Source: Calcarisporiella thermophila CBS 279.70 (taxonomy: Eukaryota > Fungi > Calcarisporiellomycota). Taken from it: a DNA stretch of 64,000 bases. The position numbers and the translations under genes are program-made. The stretch lies in NCBI RefSeq assembly GCF_041956535.1, contig NW_027192191.1:1568087-1632086 (forward strand), written 5' to 3'. Shown here piece after piece: positions 37,048-49,279 of this stretch; positions within the stretch are counted from its first letter, which is position 1, and each line of letters begins with the position of its first letter. The notes under the pieces are model-generated. The model saw nothing but the letters and a program-made list of their open reading frames with translations, searched no databases and was not told the DNA's origin.

Positions 37048-38579
37048 CTAGGATTCCTCCTTCGGCCGTGTGATGCGAATCCTCCTCCAAAGCTTGAATT
37101 CGATGGCGTCAGGATTCACCAGCTTGTAGAACTCTCCATCGATCATCAGCCGGGTCGTCATCCTCTCCAGACGGTGATCTGCTCGGGTACCCGTTCTCCT
37201 GGTGCGTTTTAGCACCCGGGAAAGCCATCCGCTTGAGGTGGGCGGGTTCGGAGCCTTCTCCGCCCTTCGAAACTTGATCCGCATCTCTGAGAACTGGCCC
37301 ACCCGCAGTAAGTTGCGCCGACCGAGTGAGACTTCCTTGGCTGCGTATTCCAGCTTGGTCCCCAGACAAAATACTTCGAGACGCCCGTCATCCGGCCACT
37401 GCCCCTCCAGCTTGCGTATCTCGTCGGGGGCGGTGAGTGCCGAGCCGCTCGCTGCCAAATTCCAGAGATCAAGCATGCGGCCCCAAAGTGAGGGGATATT
37501 CTGCACGACTAATTCGATGGCATCCTTACGCAGCCGAAGGTCCCCTTCGCTCTCCGGTTGCGGATCCGCCGCCTTGGCCGCTTTCTTAGACGGGGCCAAC
37601 ACTACCACGTTCTCTTCTCGGGCGCGCTTTCTCGCTTCGTCCGCCCCTCTTTCCCCCGAACTCTGCCCGGAATCCTCCGACGACCCGCTTCTCTCCCCCC
37701 TTTTGCCCTCGATACCCTCCACCAGTTGCGTGACCGCAGGTAAACGCAGGCACAATCCCCACTTGATGGTCTCGAGCACGTACCATAGGATGTTCACCAC
37801 CCTCGAGCTTCCCCGGTGAGCCTCGAAATCCCCGCCCACATAGGCCTGCGCCCCCACTGCCGCGTTGTTGACCATTTTCACCACCAAGTTGTCCTGGCTC
37901 CTCCCCAGCTTGTGACCCCCGCTGGCAAACTTCTCCACCCCGCCCTCGGGCTGGACCGAGACTCGGCACTCCCACACGTCCAGCAGGGCGGGCGGATCAC
38001 GAATGGCTGGGAGAATGAGCTGGGCCAAATTGGAGTCTTCAAGCGGGGCGGCCACATACGATTTCAGTCGGTGCCAGCTTCCGAGAAAGCGGGCGAGATC
38101 ATTGCCGGTGCCGAAGGGGATCAGGGTGAAGAGAATGGCATCGAGGGGAATGTCCGTACCCTCCAGCTGCTCGAGCACGGTCCGCAATGTCCCATCCCCT
38201 GTAAGAATGCCGGCTTTATCCTGCTAAGTTGGCACAATGGGAGTGTATAAAAGTTTACCTCCGCCTACAACCACGTGGATAGGCTCGTCATCTCCGTCTG
38301 TTCTCCCATGAATGAGCTCCCGAATGTGTTTGTAGCCCGTACACCGATCTGCGTCATCGAGGAGGTCGTGAATGTGCACTATGCAATCGGGCACGCTCTT
38401 GAAGTGGAGCTGCGAAATGCCCAGCTTGACAAGCTCCTCTCCTGAGCCACGCGAAAAATCCATCGATTACCCAAGAATGGACGCAGAGAATGAAGGGCGA
38501 TCTTACCTCGCTTATCGCCGGAGCGGGGGTTGACGAACAGGTAGATATTCTTTTCGCGCCTTGCTTGATCGGTTGCCAT
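37048..38579 (-). CDS. ATP-dependent diacylglycerol kinase-like protein (DAGKc plus DAGKa, no C1 domains)
   Basis: FVNPRSG, VGGG|DGT, PFGTGNDLAR, LDVW, NIPS, DDGRLEV, MIDGE. Confidence 0.85.
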
Positions 38580-40343
38580 GAGAGGGAGGGCCGAGGTAAG
38601 AAGCGACGATCGAAGGGGTCGAGCGTCGGTTTCCAAAGCCCTCCAAAAAATTAAAACGCCAGTATTTCAGACTCCGTGACATATGAAGGATTTCCATAAA
38701 GAAATGGATTGTTTCGTCCGAGCTAAAACTTGGATGATTTCATCGGCTACTTCCCTCTTCCTTCGTCTTGCTCTTCTTCGAGCTGAAAGGATAAGATGGA
38801 CGGCGAAACAAGTTGGCCAGTCTATAACGGCAAGCCCACTCTGGCGAGCAAGGGCTTGCCACGCTGATAAACAAGGGCGGCTTCCTCGTTTTATTCGTGA
38901 AGAGGCTGCCATGCCGCTGTTTGCTTTAGAGACGGGGCCGGAGTAGGCCATAGACCCTGCACAATGCTTGGCCCAGCATAAACGGCCATCCGCTCCCATC
39001 CATCGGTGCACAGGTTCCAAAGGATACGCGTTGTTTTTGCATGATTCTTGCAAGTCTGAAATCCCCTCCATCCGTCAATGCTTTCCTTTTATATTCGTTG
39101 CCCTAATCGACACGTGCTGATGTCATCGGCCTTCGTGGGCAAAGTTGCATCCTACCATTTTTTGTCTCGATTTAGAATTCCCCCGCATCGCGTTCTTAAA
39201 CCCCGCCCTCTAGCGACAACCGTCCCCGCCATATAAGGCTAAGGGATAGTGAATGAATCTCGAGGGAGAAAAATCCAAGGTCTGGAATAGGCCTCGTAGC
39301 TCCTCTCACCAGAGGATTCATGGTGCGTAATCCTATGTCCCTCTACGACTGGGCGTGGGAGTAAGGTGATAGATGCCTAAGGGCCCGATAGCCAAGAAAT
39401 ACCACAGGAGCTCGACCAAAGGGGAGAGATAGAATTCATCTCCTCCATCTCAGTAGGGCTGGATGGTTTATCAGACGTCCCGATGGGACAAAGAAATTCC
39501 GAGGTCCATACCAGGAGATTTGTCACGCTGTATCCTTTTCCGGGCCATTAAGCGGGGCTTGAATAGGCTCAACCCTCCGAAGATGAAGGCGTAAGAGGGA
39601 AAAATTAGTTCCCGCGGAGGCAAAAGAGGAGGTGTGGGCTCTCGCCGGAGATCCTTCTCCCGCGCATGTGCACGCAGGTAAGGCCGCCGGGGATGTTGCC
39701 ATCGAGGGCCCACGACTTATTGCAGTCATGCCATCAACCCTTGGCCTAGCGCGAAAAAGATCATCCTATCTCTCGTTGTGCTCGAGGTTTGCCGGGCTCT
39801 AAATCCCTTTCTCTGCCGCAGCCCAACCCTCCTCGGGGGCCATGGGAAACCGCGGCCGTCAGAGGCATTTGACAATGATTAGGTTGGCTTGCCCAACCCG
39901 CGATGGCTACTCCTCGAGCGAGCGATGACGTGGCACGTTGCCCGTAAATAGTCATCGAGGAGCAAGGTGGTAGAGGCTTGGGGCTCGATAGACCGTGGCG
40001 TCCTTTGTCGGGTGAAACACGTGTCTGCTGCCGTTCAAATGCCGCTTAGGAGCAGGGGCCTCGCCATTGGGGGAGGGTGTGGCTAGGATGGGCACCACGG
40101 CTTCAATTAATAATCTCCCACTCCTTGCGGCCGTAAACGTCATCTCTTTTCGCGCCGCGCTTCAAGCTATGGAAGGGTATTACAATAACGTAACCCAAAT
40201 TCCTTCGCCCCCGCTGAACAGGACAAGGTATATAAAGGAAGCGGGCCATCCTATTTCTGCATTCTTCCTTTTCTTCCTCCTTACCCCTGTAAATTGAATC
40301 CGTCCCATCCATTGCCTACTGCTCACCCTCTTCCCACGCTATC

Positions 40344-41533
40344 ATGACTTCCAACACAACCAACACAAAGATGATCTATCGTCGCCTCGGCAAAACCGGC
40401 CTGAAAGTCAGTGCGCTCTCCTTCGGCGGCTGGCTAACGTGGGGCGGGCAGGTCGACCAGGACGTGTGCAACAAGTGCATCAAGGCCGCCCTCGACCACG
40501 GAATCAACTTCTTCGATAACGCCGAGGTCTACGCAAGTGAGTAGAAAGGGGGCCCTTTTCCCTGCCTCCCGCATTTTTTCTTTACGGAGCCGTGGAGACG
40601 GCTCCTTTTTTCTTCAGCGGATCGGCATGACCCCAATTCACGGCGCGAAAAACGGGTTTCCATGCACATACTAATGAACTCTATGACGTTCCACTAGATG
40701 GCAAGTCCGAGGAAGCCTTCGGCAAAGCGTTCAAAGACCTGGGCGTGAAGCGCAGCGATCTCGTCATCTCGACCAAGATTTTCTGGGGGGGAAAGGGCCC
40801 GAACGACAATGGGCTCTCACGCAAGCACATCATCGAGGGCCTCAATGCCTCGCTCGAGCGTCTCCAGTTGGACTACGTGGACATTGTGTTCGCGCATCGC
40901 CCCGATCCCGAGACCCCTATCGAGGAGACCGTGAGAGCCTTCAACCACGTGATCCAGCAGGGCAAGGCATTCTACTGGGGCACGAGCGAATGGAGCGCGC
41001 AGCAGATCATGGCCGCGCATGCCGTCGCGGAGCGCCTCGGCCTTGAAGGGCCCGTGGCCGACCAGTGCCAGTACAACATGTTCCACCGGGAGCGCATGGA
41101 GAAGGAGTACGAATTCCTCTTCCGCGACTACGGCATGGGCACCACCACATGGAGCCCCCTGGCCAGCGGGGTGCTGACGGGTAAGTACCTCGACGGCATC
41201 TCCGAGGATTCTCGGGCCGGCAATCCCAAGGTCGAATTCGGCAAGCACATCCGCGCGAGGCTGGAGTCGGACGAGGGCCGTGAGCAGGCGGAGAAGATCC
41301 GCAAGCTCAAGCCCATTGCCGACAAGCTCGGCTGCTCGCTGGCCCAGCTCGCCCTGGCCTGGTGCTTGAAGCACCCCAACGCTTCCACCGTCATCACGGG
41401 GGCCTCCAAGGTAGAGCAGATGCACGAGAACATGAAGGCGCTCGACCTGGTCGACAAGCTGGACGAGGGCGTGATGAAGGAGATTGACGAGGTGCTCGCA
41501 AACAACCCCGGAAAGAACCCCAGATACTATTAA
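40344..41533 (+). CDS. Aldo-keto reductase, voltage-gated K+ channel beta-subunit (AKR6) type (2 exons)
   Basis: [63 protein letters not shown]. Intron 40537-40697. TATA at about 40229. Confidence 0.95.
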
Positions 41534-41786
41534 TTAGGGAAGTGGGGGGGGGGGAGGGGGAAATGCGCTAGTCGTTTGTTTATTCTCCCAATTAGGCTTG
41601 CGGCTCTTGGCCAAGATCGGGAGTCTTGTATAATAAAATTCCATTTCGTGTACAAAAAAGTCGGAGAGATTCAAGTTAGAAAGAAAGAGAGAGAGACAGA
41701 GAAAGGTATCCTTTAATAGGGCCTCCCACCAAACAGGGGAGACACAAGCATATACAAAAACGTGTGAGAAAGTGAGAGGAGCCCCA

Positions 41787-43373
41787 TCAAGGGTCTCGGG
41801 GGGAGGTGGCCAGCGGCCCGGCCAGCACGCTCGCCCCGTCCTCCGTTACCTCCACGATATCCTCCAGGCGCACTCCAGTGAATCCCTCCCAGTACACGCC
41901 CGGCTCCACGGAGAACGTGTCCCCCACTTGCAATGGCCGCTCGTTCCCCGCATGCAGATAGGGCTCCTCGTGGACCTCCAGCCCGATCCCATGGCCGAGC
42001 CGGTGTGTGAACATGGCGCCGTACCCCGCCTCTTCGATGACCCGGCGTGCGACGGCATCCACATCAGAGGCTAGGACCCCGGGGCGGATAGAGCGGATGG
42101 CCTGCTGCTGGGCCGATTGGACGGCATTCCAGATATCGGTGCGATTAGCATCCAGACTCGAAGACAGGGTAAACGTGCGGGTGAGATCGGATTGATATTG
42201 CTGGTATTCACCGCCCTGGAGGCAAGAGCAGCAAAATCAAAGAACAAGAAAACCATCAGCTTCCTCCTAAGACAGTTCACAGCTAACGTTGGGAAATGAA
42301 GGGGGGGAGGGGGGAGGGAGACCCTACCATATCAATGAGGACCAAGCTATCCTTCTCCACCCTCGATCCGCCCCGGCCGCCGTGGGGCAACGCGGCGTGA
42401 GCGTCCACCGACACGATGGCCCAAGTGTTGGTGAGACCGGCCGTCTCCAGGGCCTCGAAGACGAGGCCTTTCACGGTCTCCTCCGACATCCCCACCCTGA
42501 TCTCATTCTTCACCAGGCGCAGAGCACGGGCGGTGGCTTGATTCACACAGCGCAGCAGGTTGAGTTCGTGAAGGGTTTTCGAGCGGCGTATTGCTTTGAT
42601 GCGAGGCGAGGAGGGGGTGGTGGTGATGTGTTTGGAGAGCCCGGAAGCCACAAAGTATCGAAGGCCGTCGTCGAGCTGCACGGGTCCGGTGATGTTCCCG
42701 GCAAGGATCTTGAAGGGGTCCTCGGACTCTCCCCACTCCACCATCCTCACCGCCAAACCATCGGCCTTCTGCACGGCATCTCTTGCCCTGGTTTTCTCGA
42801 AGCTTGGCGTCAGCACCACGACCTCCCCCTCTGCATCGATCACCACGACAAACGGGCGTTCGGATTGGCTCCACGTAATGTTCACGAAATACTGCATCAT
42901 GGCCCCGGGTTCCAAGACCAGTCCGCGCGCATTCTCCTCCTGCAAAGCGCGGGCCAATCGCTGGCGGCGGATTCCATACTCAGCCGCGGGGAGAGGCGGG
43001 ACAGTTCTGCAAAAATCCTTTAGCTCTGAGAATCGTTTTGAGCCGGGATGGGGGAGGGGAGGGAGGAACAGGTACGCGAGCACGGCGAAAATGAGGGCAA
43101 GGAGCACGAGAAATAGGAGAGAGAGGACCGAATTGGTTTTCAGTCGCTAGTAGGCCAAACGGAGAACAAGCCTCCTTGGGATGAGAAAAATAGGTCTCCG
43201 ATGCAAAGGGTTAAAACACGTACATTGAATATACCGCTTGGCGATCGGGGTGAGGATGCATGCGGCAAGAAAGGCGTGTCCTCGCTAGCGCATGCTTCTC
43301 CTCTCTCCTCATCCTCGAAGTCCTGCGCACTATGGCCATTTTTGCAATGGCGGCGAGATTTTTGCTGCGTCAT
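41787..43373 (-). CDS. M24B Xaa-Pro peptidase with a Creatinase_N domain and an N-terminal TM anchor (3 exons)
   Basis: Metal ligands LIDM|G...SDLTRT, HRLGHGIGLEVHE, SVEPG and RLED. TM segment LSLLFLVLLALIFAVLAYLFL follows exon 1. Confidence 0.9.
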
Positions 43374-45576
43374 GAATGGTATCCAGTCTGATTAAGAAAA
43401 GGGGGGGAGGGGTGGGCCTCCGACCATATTGGCCAAATAGGGGAGATCATAGTGATGCTGCGCCGCCATTTAACCGCTTGTCCGTTTTCTAAGAGGCTTA
43501 ATGAGAGTGACTAAGTATGGGCGAGGGGGGCAAGCGAGTACGAGCGAAACTCAATGAGATATCAGAGCCGGAGCTTCCCTTTTCGGCTCCTTGGCTCTGC
43601 CCCTGTTGGGCAACATGGCTTGGGGGACTGGATTACAATTAATATGGCCTTTCTGTTTTAGAGAAATATCCTTGGGCAGCCTCTGGCATTCCAAAGCCTG
43701 CTTACGGGCCCAATGTTGTTGAAAGGCGAGGACACCGTCCACGGTTCCCTCGGCTACCCGCACGCGTTTCGCACACATCTCTCAGCTGGGATAATCTTGG
43801 ATCCGTAACTGCAATCCATAAGCCAATTTCGACCCTTCCAAGCCGGCCAACAAACGGGAGGGAAGTTTGGGGGGAAAGTTTGTGGTTCCATTTGGTGCTT
43901 GAACCTCGCTTAGGCTGCGGCGCGTCTCCTTTTTCACCGATATTAAATCGCGGTTGGGGCCCAATTGGTTTGCGGGCACCGTTAGGCTCGCCTTACAGCG
44001 CTCCATGCTGAAGTCGCCACTTGGAGGAGCCGGCCCTCTGCACTGCAGCTCGACCCTCCCGGCCCAAGCTTGGAAAGGGAAGGCGCACATTGGATCAGCG
44101 CCGATGTCAGACCATCCCCGATTAGAAAGCATAAGCGCATGCAACCTTGACGCTTAGGACGATGTGATTGGGCACGAAAGGGGAGGAGAGTTCTGGTAAG
44201 GAAAGAAGACGGAGATGAAGCGCGAGGCGAGAGGGACGCTGACTGGCGCTTTACTGGAAGCGGTCACGCTTAAGGAGGACAGAGCTTGGGCGATGCAAAC
44301 AGGGCGGCGCAGGCGGGTTACGCAGTAGCGAAGCAGCTATTGAAAGTGTCCCGTGATCAAACGATATTCCGAGCTTGTGTTTGGGTCCTGCAGCCGGGAC
44401 TGGGAGGCCGGCCGCAGCTTTCCCCTCCCCGGCGGCATCCAATCGTTCCCCGACCCGGGCAGGGAGGGGGAGGAGGTTTGCCACGACTAGAGGGCTAGCT
44501 CAGAGTTCATCCGCCGTGTGACAGGAGCGGCGCGTGTGAAGCGCCATTCGCGACCAGCATGATGAGCGCGAGCAATGGAGGATGACGCCACCGCTCGTGC
44601 CCCAACCTTGAGCCGCAAGCGACCCGCCGTCGGCTTCGACATGCCAGCGCAAATCTCAGCCGTCGCACTTGCGGGATCCTGAGTTGCAACCCCGGGCCTA
44701 CACCTATGGGAAGCCTTGGTTGCTCCCGACGGCCCGACAAAAGAGGAGTTTGGCCTGCACAGCGCGGGCCAGTGGGGGGACCGCATCCTCAGCGGGGCAT
44801 GGTACAGAAAATAGGGTCGATGTTGGGACCGGCCCGCCATTGGTGGCTTGCGCTTGAACCTTCAGCTGACTTTGGGGCTCTCCCCCAAAGCGAAGGTTTT
44901 GGCAAGGCCGCCCGGCTTCAGGCACTGGCAGGAGCCGGCCCTGCTAGCTGACCCAACCTCCTCCCGGTTTCTTCCCAGGCGGCCGATTACGGTTCAGCCT
45001 TGGGCAGCATAAAATCCGTTAGTGCTCACACTGCACAAGCTTATTCTTCTTTTCGCTCTCCGACTTTCATGCTCCGAGGCTCATGGCATAATGGCGGGAG
45101 ACGCTTTGGAAAGCGGGGGTGCGCTCGCCGCAGCAGCCGTGTTTGGCCGTTGTGTGCAGGGCCGGCTCCAGGGTCAAGGGAGGGCTGCAGCCGAGCCTGC
45201 TTGCTTGCTTGCTTGCTTGCGCGCAGATGCATGCGTCTTCGCTTGCGGGCCACATGTGCAAAGTGGAGGGGAAATTGGATTCCGCAGCCCTTCAAACTTT
45301 TGAATCACAATGAATCAAAGCACAGAGCGGAGCCGAAGGGAAAAGATTTAATTTCCCCTCCCTTCTCTCCTTTTCGGTTGATTTGTTTGTTTGCTTACGG
45401 CCGGCGGGCTCTCCCCCAGAAACCGTCTGGAAGCCGCCGTCTCTGGCGGCGGCGGGCGCGGGCGGAAGGGGGCGCCGGCGTCCCAACCTCTGGCAGGGAC
45501 AAGAGGATGGAACCGGCCCCTCGTGCTTTCTCCTGCCGGTTGACATTATAATTGCCAAACCCTAGTGAATCGTAGG

Positions 45577-45654
45577 TGACGTCAGAAGCTGCCAAACTCT
45601 ATGAATTTTGACCAGTAGCAGGGCGGGGCCCGCGTGTGGGAAAGTGTATAAAAA
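45577..45654 (+). promoter_or_regulatory. CRE palindrome TGACGTCA, GC box and TATA upstream of ornithine aminotransferase
   Basis: TGACGTCA 45577-45584, GGGCGGGG 45621-45628, TATAAAAA 45647-45654. The ATG is at 45746. Confidence 0.55.
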
Positions 45655-45745
45655 TGCGGATATTGGTGCTTTTGTTTTGGTGTTTCACTCCTCTTCTCTC
45701 TCCTCATTGTATCCTGTGAAATAAAGAAATCCTTTGCACCCCATC

Positions 45746-47297
45746 ATGACCGTCTCTGCCCACAACATTTTCACGCACAAGCAGGCCCAGAACGGGTCAC
45801 ATGAACTCAAGCAAACCAATGCTGCCACCAGCAGCCAGGACGTCATTCACCTGGAGCATGAATACGGTGCCCACAAGTAAGACTCCCACAGTTGGCTGGG
45901 GCTCGCCTCCCCGCCCTTCCCCCCCCCCCCCTGAACTAACGGTTGCTTTGTGTCTCCCCCTGATAGCTACCACCCGCTCCCCGTCGTCTTCTCAAGGGCC
46001 CAGGGCGTCCATGTTTGGGATCCCGAGGGCAACAAGTACATGGATTTCCTGTCGGCGTACTCTGCCGTCAATCAGGGACATTGCCACCCCAAGATCGTCA
46101 AGGCCCTCACCGACCAGGCCCAAAAGCTCTGCCTGAGCTCACGCGCATTCTACAACGACGTGTTCGGAAAATACGCTAAATACGTCACCGAGGTAGGCAT
46201 CTCCCCCACCCCCCCCTCTTCCACTCCGCACCCGACACTCACTCCCCCTTTGTTTGGCTTAGTACTTCGGCTATGACATGGTGCTCCCGATGAACACCGG
46301 GGCCGAGGCGGTCGAATCCGCCATCAAACTCGCCCGCAAGTGGGGCTACATGAAGAAGGGCATCCCCGAGAACCAGGCCGTGGTGCTCTCGTGCACCGGC
46401 AACTTCCACGGGCGCACCACCGGCATCATCTCGATGTCGACCGACCCGGAGTCCCGCGGAGGCTTCGGCCCCTACCTGCCCCTCGTGGGCCCGGTGTGCC
46501 CCAAGACCGGGGTCACCGTGCGCTACAACCACGCCGAGGACCTGGAGGCCGTGCTCGAGGCCAATGGCGAGAACGTCGCGGCCTTCCTGGTGGAGCCCAT
46601 CCAGGGCGAGGCGGGCATCTTCGTGCCGGACCAGGGCTATCTCAAGCGGTGCTACGAGCTGTGCCGCAAGCACAACGTGCTCTTCATCGCCGACGAGATC
46701 CAGACGGGGCTCGCGAGGACGGGCAAGATGCTGTGCATCGAGCACGAAGGGGTGCGCCCCGACATCGTGCTGCTCGGCAAGGCGCTGAGCGGCGGCGTGT
46801 TCCCGGTGTCGGCGGTGCTGGCGGACCGCGACGTGATGCTCTGCATCCAGCCCGGCGAGCATGGCTCCACCTACGGAGGCAACCCGCTGGCCTGCGCGGT
46901 GGCCATCGCCGCCCTCGAGGTCATCAAAGAGGAGGACCTGGTCCGCCGCTCGCAGGTGCTCGGCGAGAAGTTCCGCGAGGCCCTCCGCTCCATCCAGTCG
47001 CCGCTGCTCCAGACCGTGCGCGGCCGCGGCCTACTCAACGCCATTGTGATCGACGAGACGCGCTCGGACAAGTCCGCGTGGCACCTGTGCCTGCTGCTGA
47101 AGTCGCGCGGCCTGCTCGCGAAGCCCACCCACTGCAACATCATCCGCCTGGCGCCCCCGCTTTGCATCACGGAGGAGGAGCTGATGGCCGGCGTGAAGAT
47201 CATCGAGCAGTCTCTGCTGGACATCGTGGACATGAAGCTGGAGGACATCCCCGGCGCCATCGAGGAGGGTAACTACAGCAACCAGGCCGACGACTGA
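45746..47297 (+). CDS. CAR2: Ornithine aminotransferase (3 exons)
   Basis: EYGAHN|[57 protein letters not shown] (PLP lysine), HGSTYGGNP. Confidence 0.97.
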
Positions 47298-47734
47298 ACC
47301 CCCTCCTCCCCCCCTCCCTCCCCTCCTGGACGGGTCAGACAAACAATAATAAGACAAGAATATATATATATAGAGTGTACATAAACCTATATACGTATAT
47401 ATATACATATGGTCACTTTATATTTCTTGTTTGTTGGACGGTCTTTCGACTCCCCTCTCTCCCCTCCTCCCAACCCCATCGCTGTTATCTGCTTTTTTAC
47501 CGGCGCTGCTTTTTTTTTTTATTAAGACGCATTGTGTTTCCATTCGTTTGCTTTATCATCTCCAATATCTATATATATATATGAAAGCTGTAATTTTTTT
47601 TTATTCCATCCAGTCGTCGTTGGCCCATCACGATGAAAAATTAAGAAAAAGAAAAGAAACAAATAAACGTAAAAATAACAGAAAAGAAATAGAGAATCTA
47701 GTCATTATTTTTTTTAAAAAAAAGGTGTTTTCAT

Positions 47735-48473
47735 TCAGTTCAAAACCTCGCCGTTTTTCAACCAGTCAAGCGACACGTCCTCCAAATGCTCGTCAAAGTC
47801 GACAATGCGCTTATGTCGATGGTCCCGTCGTGCTTGAGTGAGGGAGGGCAGCTTGTCGATGTGGAATGCAGAGTCGAATGGGACGTGGCGGAATTGGCCG
47901 TCCTTATACAGGTATGGCTACGAAGTGAGGAGAAGTAGGGCGAAGGGGTGGAGTAGAAGGGGGGGCATGTTTAGTTATGGGCTCGAGGAGAGAGGAATAT
48001 CTGAAAAAAAAAGAGAGGGAAAGACACTTACAATGAGGGCGTTTTCATCGGAGGATAGTTTCTCATTGTCAATGACGAATCCAATGGCATTTTGGTTGTT
48101 CTGGCGGATCCTATCCAGTACCCGCACTGCGCTTGTAGGTAGTGTGCGGTCGGAGAGGGCTGGATTAGCAACGTAAAGCCCTGCTATTTGCATGTCATTC
48201 TCGGCGGCATAGATATCAACCTGGCCAACATCCGATTCAAGTTAGGATCCTTTGACAAGCCATGGGCCAACCAAAGCTCTAGCCCTTTCTTACCTGCTGA
48301 AGAGCCATCTCTAATGTGCCACTTAGATCGCTCCAAAAATGGAGGACTGGGATCGCATCGACAATCTTCTGTTCACGAGCAAGGAGCAAGCCAACGACGG
48401 CATGAGAGGGGTGTTTGAGCGCGTGGAGAAGCGGCTTCAGATAAGCTGAAGATGTAAGAGTGTACTCTGACAT
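47735..48473 (-). CDS. EMC8: ER membrane protein complex subunit 8/9 (UPF0172), 3 exons
   Basis: AYLKPLLHALKHP..AVVGLLL, VDAIPVLH, LEMALQQ, IAGLY.AN, VDFDEHLED...DWLKN. Confidence 0.92.
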
Positions 48474-49236
48474 GCTTGTGGTTGGCTGCTGGAAGATGGA
48501 ATAGAAAGAACGATCGCGACTCGAGGTTTCCTTTTCTCCCTCCCTAACCCCTATGAGGCACTGGGAGGCTTATCCAAAAATCCGTCATGAAATTGAAATA
48601 TTCGATCCTTCGACGAAGATAGTCGGCTCCCTTCTAGCTCAACCTATGTCTTATAGGTCAACACCAGAGTGGAAGACAGTGTGGGTAGACCGAAGGCCAC
48701 GGTAAAATTGGCCCTCTCTACCCTTTTATTAGGGCTAGCCTGCCCACCCAGGTTGCTAGATAGCGGGAGAAAGAGAGATCCAACTCTGGAAGAATTATAA
48801 AGCCTCAAGGTCACTTGCTCTCCTAGGATTCTCAGCCAAGGTAGTTGTAGTAAATCGCCCTTGGCGCATTGATGGGTTGGCGGCTTTTATCAAAATGGAA
48901 CTGCCAAAGGGGGGTGGCAAGAGGGCCTTTCCGAAATAGTGTAATCTGAGAAGTCAAGGCAGAGAGGTATCCAAGGAGCGCCGTAGTATGGGAGCCCTTG
49001 TCTCTTGTAGCACTTGACTCTCACAAGCAGAACCTATGTAGCGCGGAGTGGAAGGGTCCGTTGGATTTCCCAAGCCAGTGGGGTCAATGGATGAAGGGAG
49101 GAGGAGTTCATTAAATGCCTGTCTTGCTTTATATATTAGATTGCTTTTAAAACCAACGTGTAAAACTTATTTACATAAAATTGCGTGTAAATAAAACGAA
49201 AACCACGTTTAAAATAAAAAGAGATAAATAGCCCAA

Positions 49237-49273
49237 GAAAGAGAGAAAGAGAGAAAGAGAGAAAGAGAGAAAG
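49237..49273 (+). repeat. (GAAAGAGA)n tandem repeat
   Basis: Seen directly, just after the stop of the - strand gene ending at 49280. Confidence 0.8.
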
Positions 49274-49279
49274 CCAAGT

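Noticed and set aside
38600-40300. Short ORFs plus scattered CACGTG, TGACGT and GCCAAG motifs
   Set aside because: The ORFs are featureless, and isolated hexamers are expected by chance at this GC content.
43400-45560. Many 60-180 aa ORFs and CCGG/GGCC-rich motifs between the M24 peptidase and CAR2
   Set aside because: No domain, consistent splice structure or codon bias is visible. This is best read as GC-rich promoter DNA with a short (TTGC)n repeat.
46239-47408. Long alternative-frame and antisense ORFs over CAR2 (likewise over the AKR, M24, VPS9 and FZO1 genes)
   Set aside because: These are shadow ORFs expected from high GC3. They carry no recognisable motifs.
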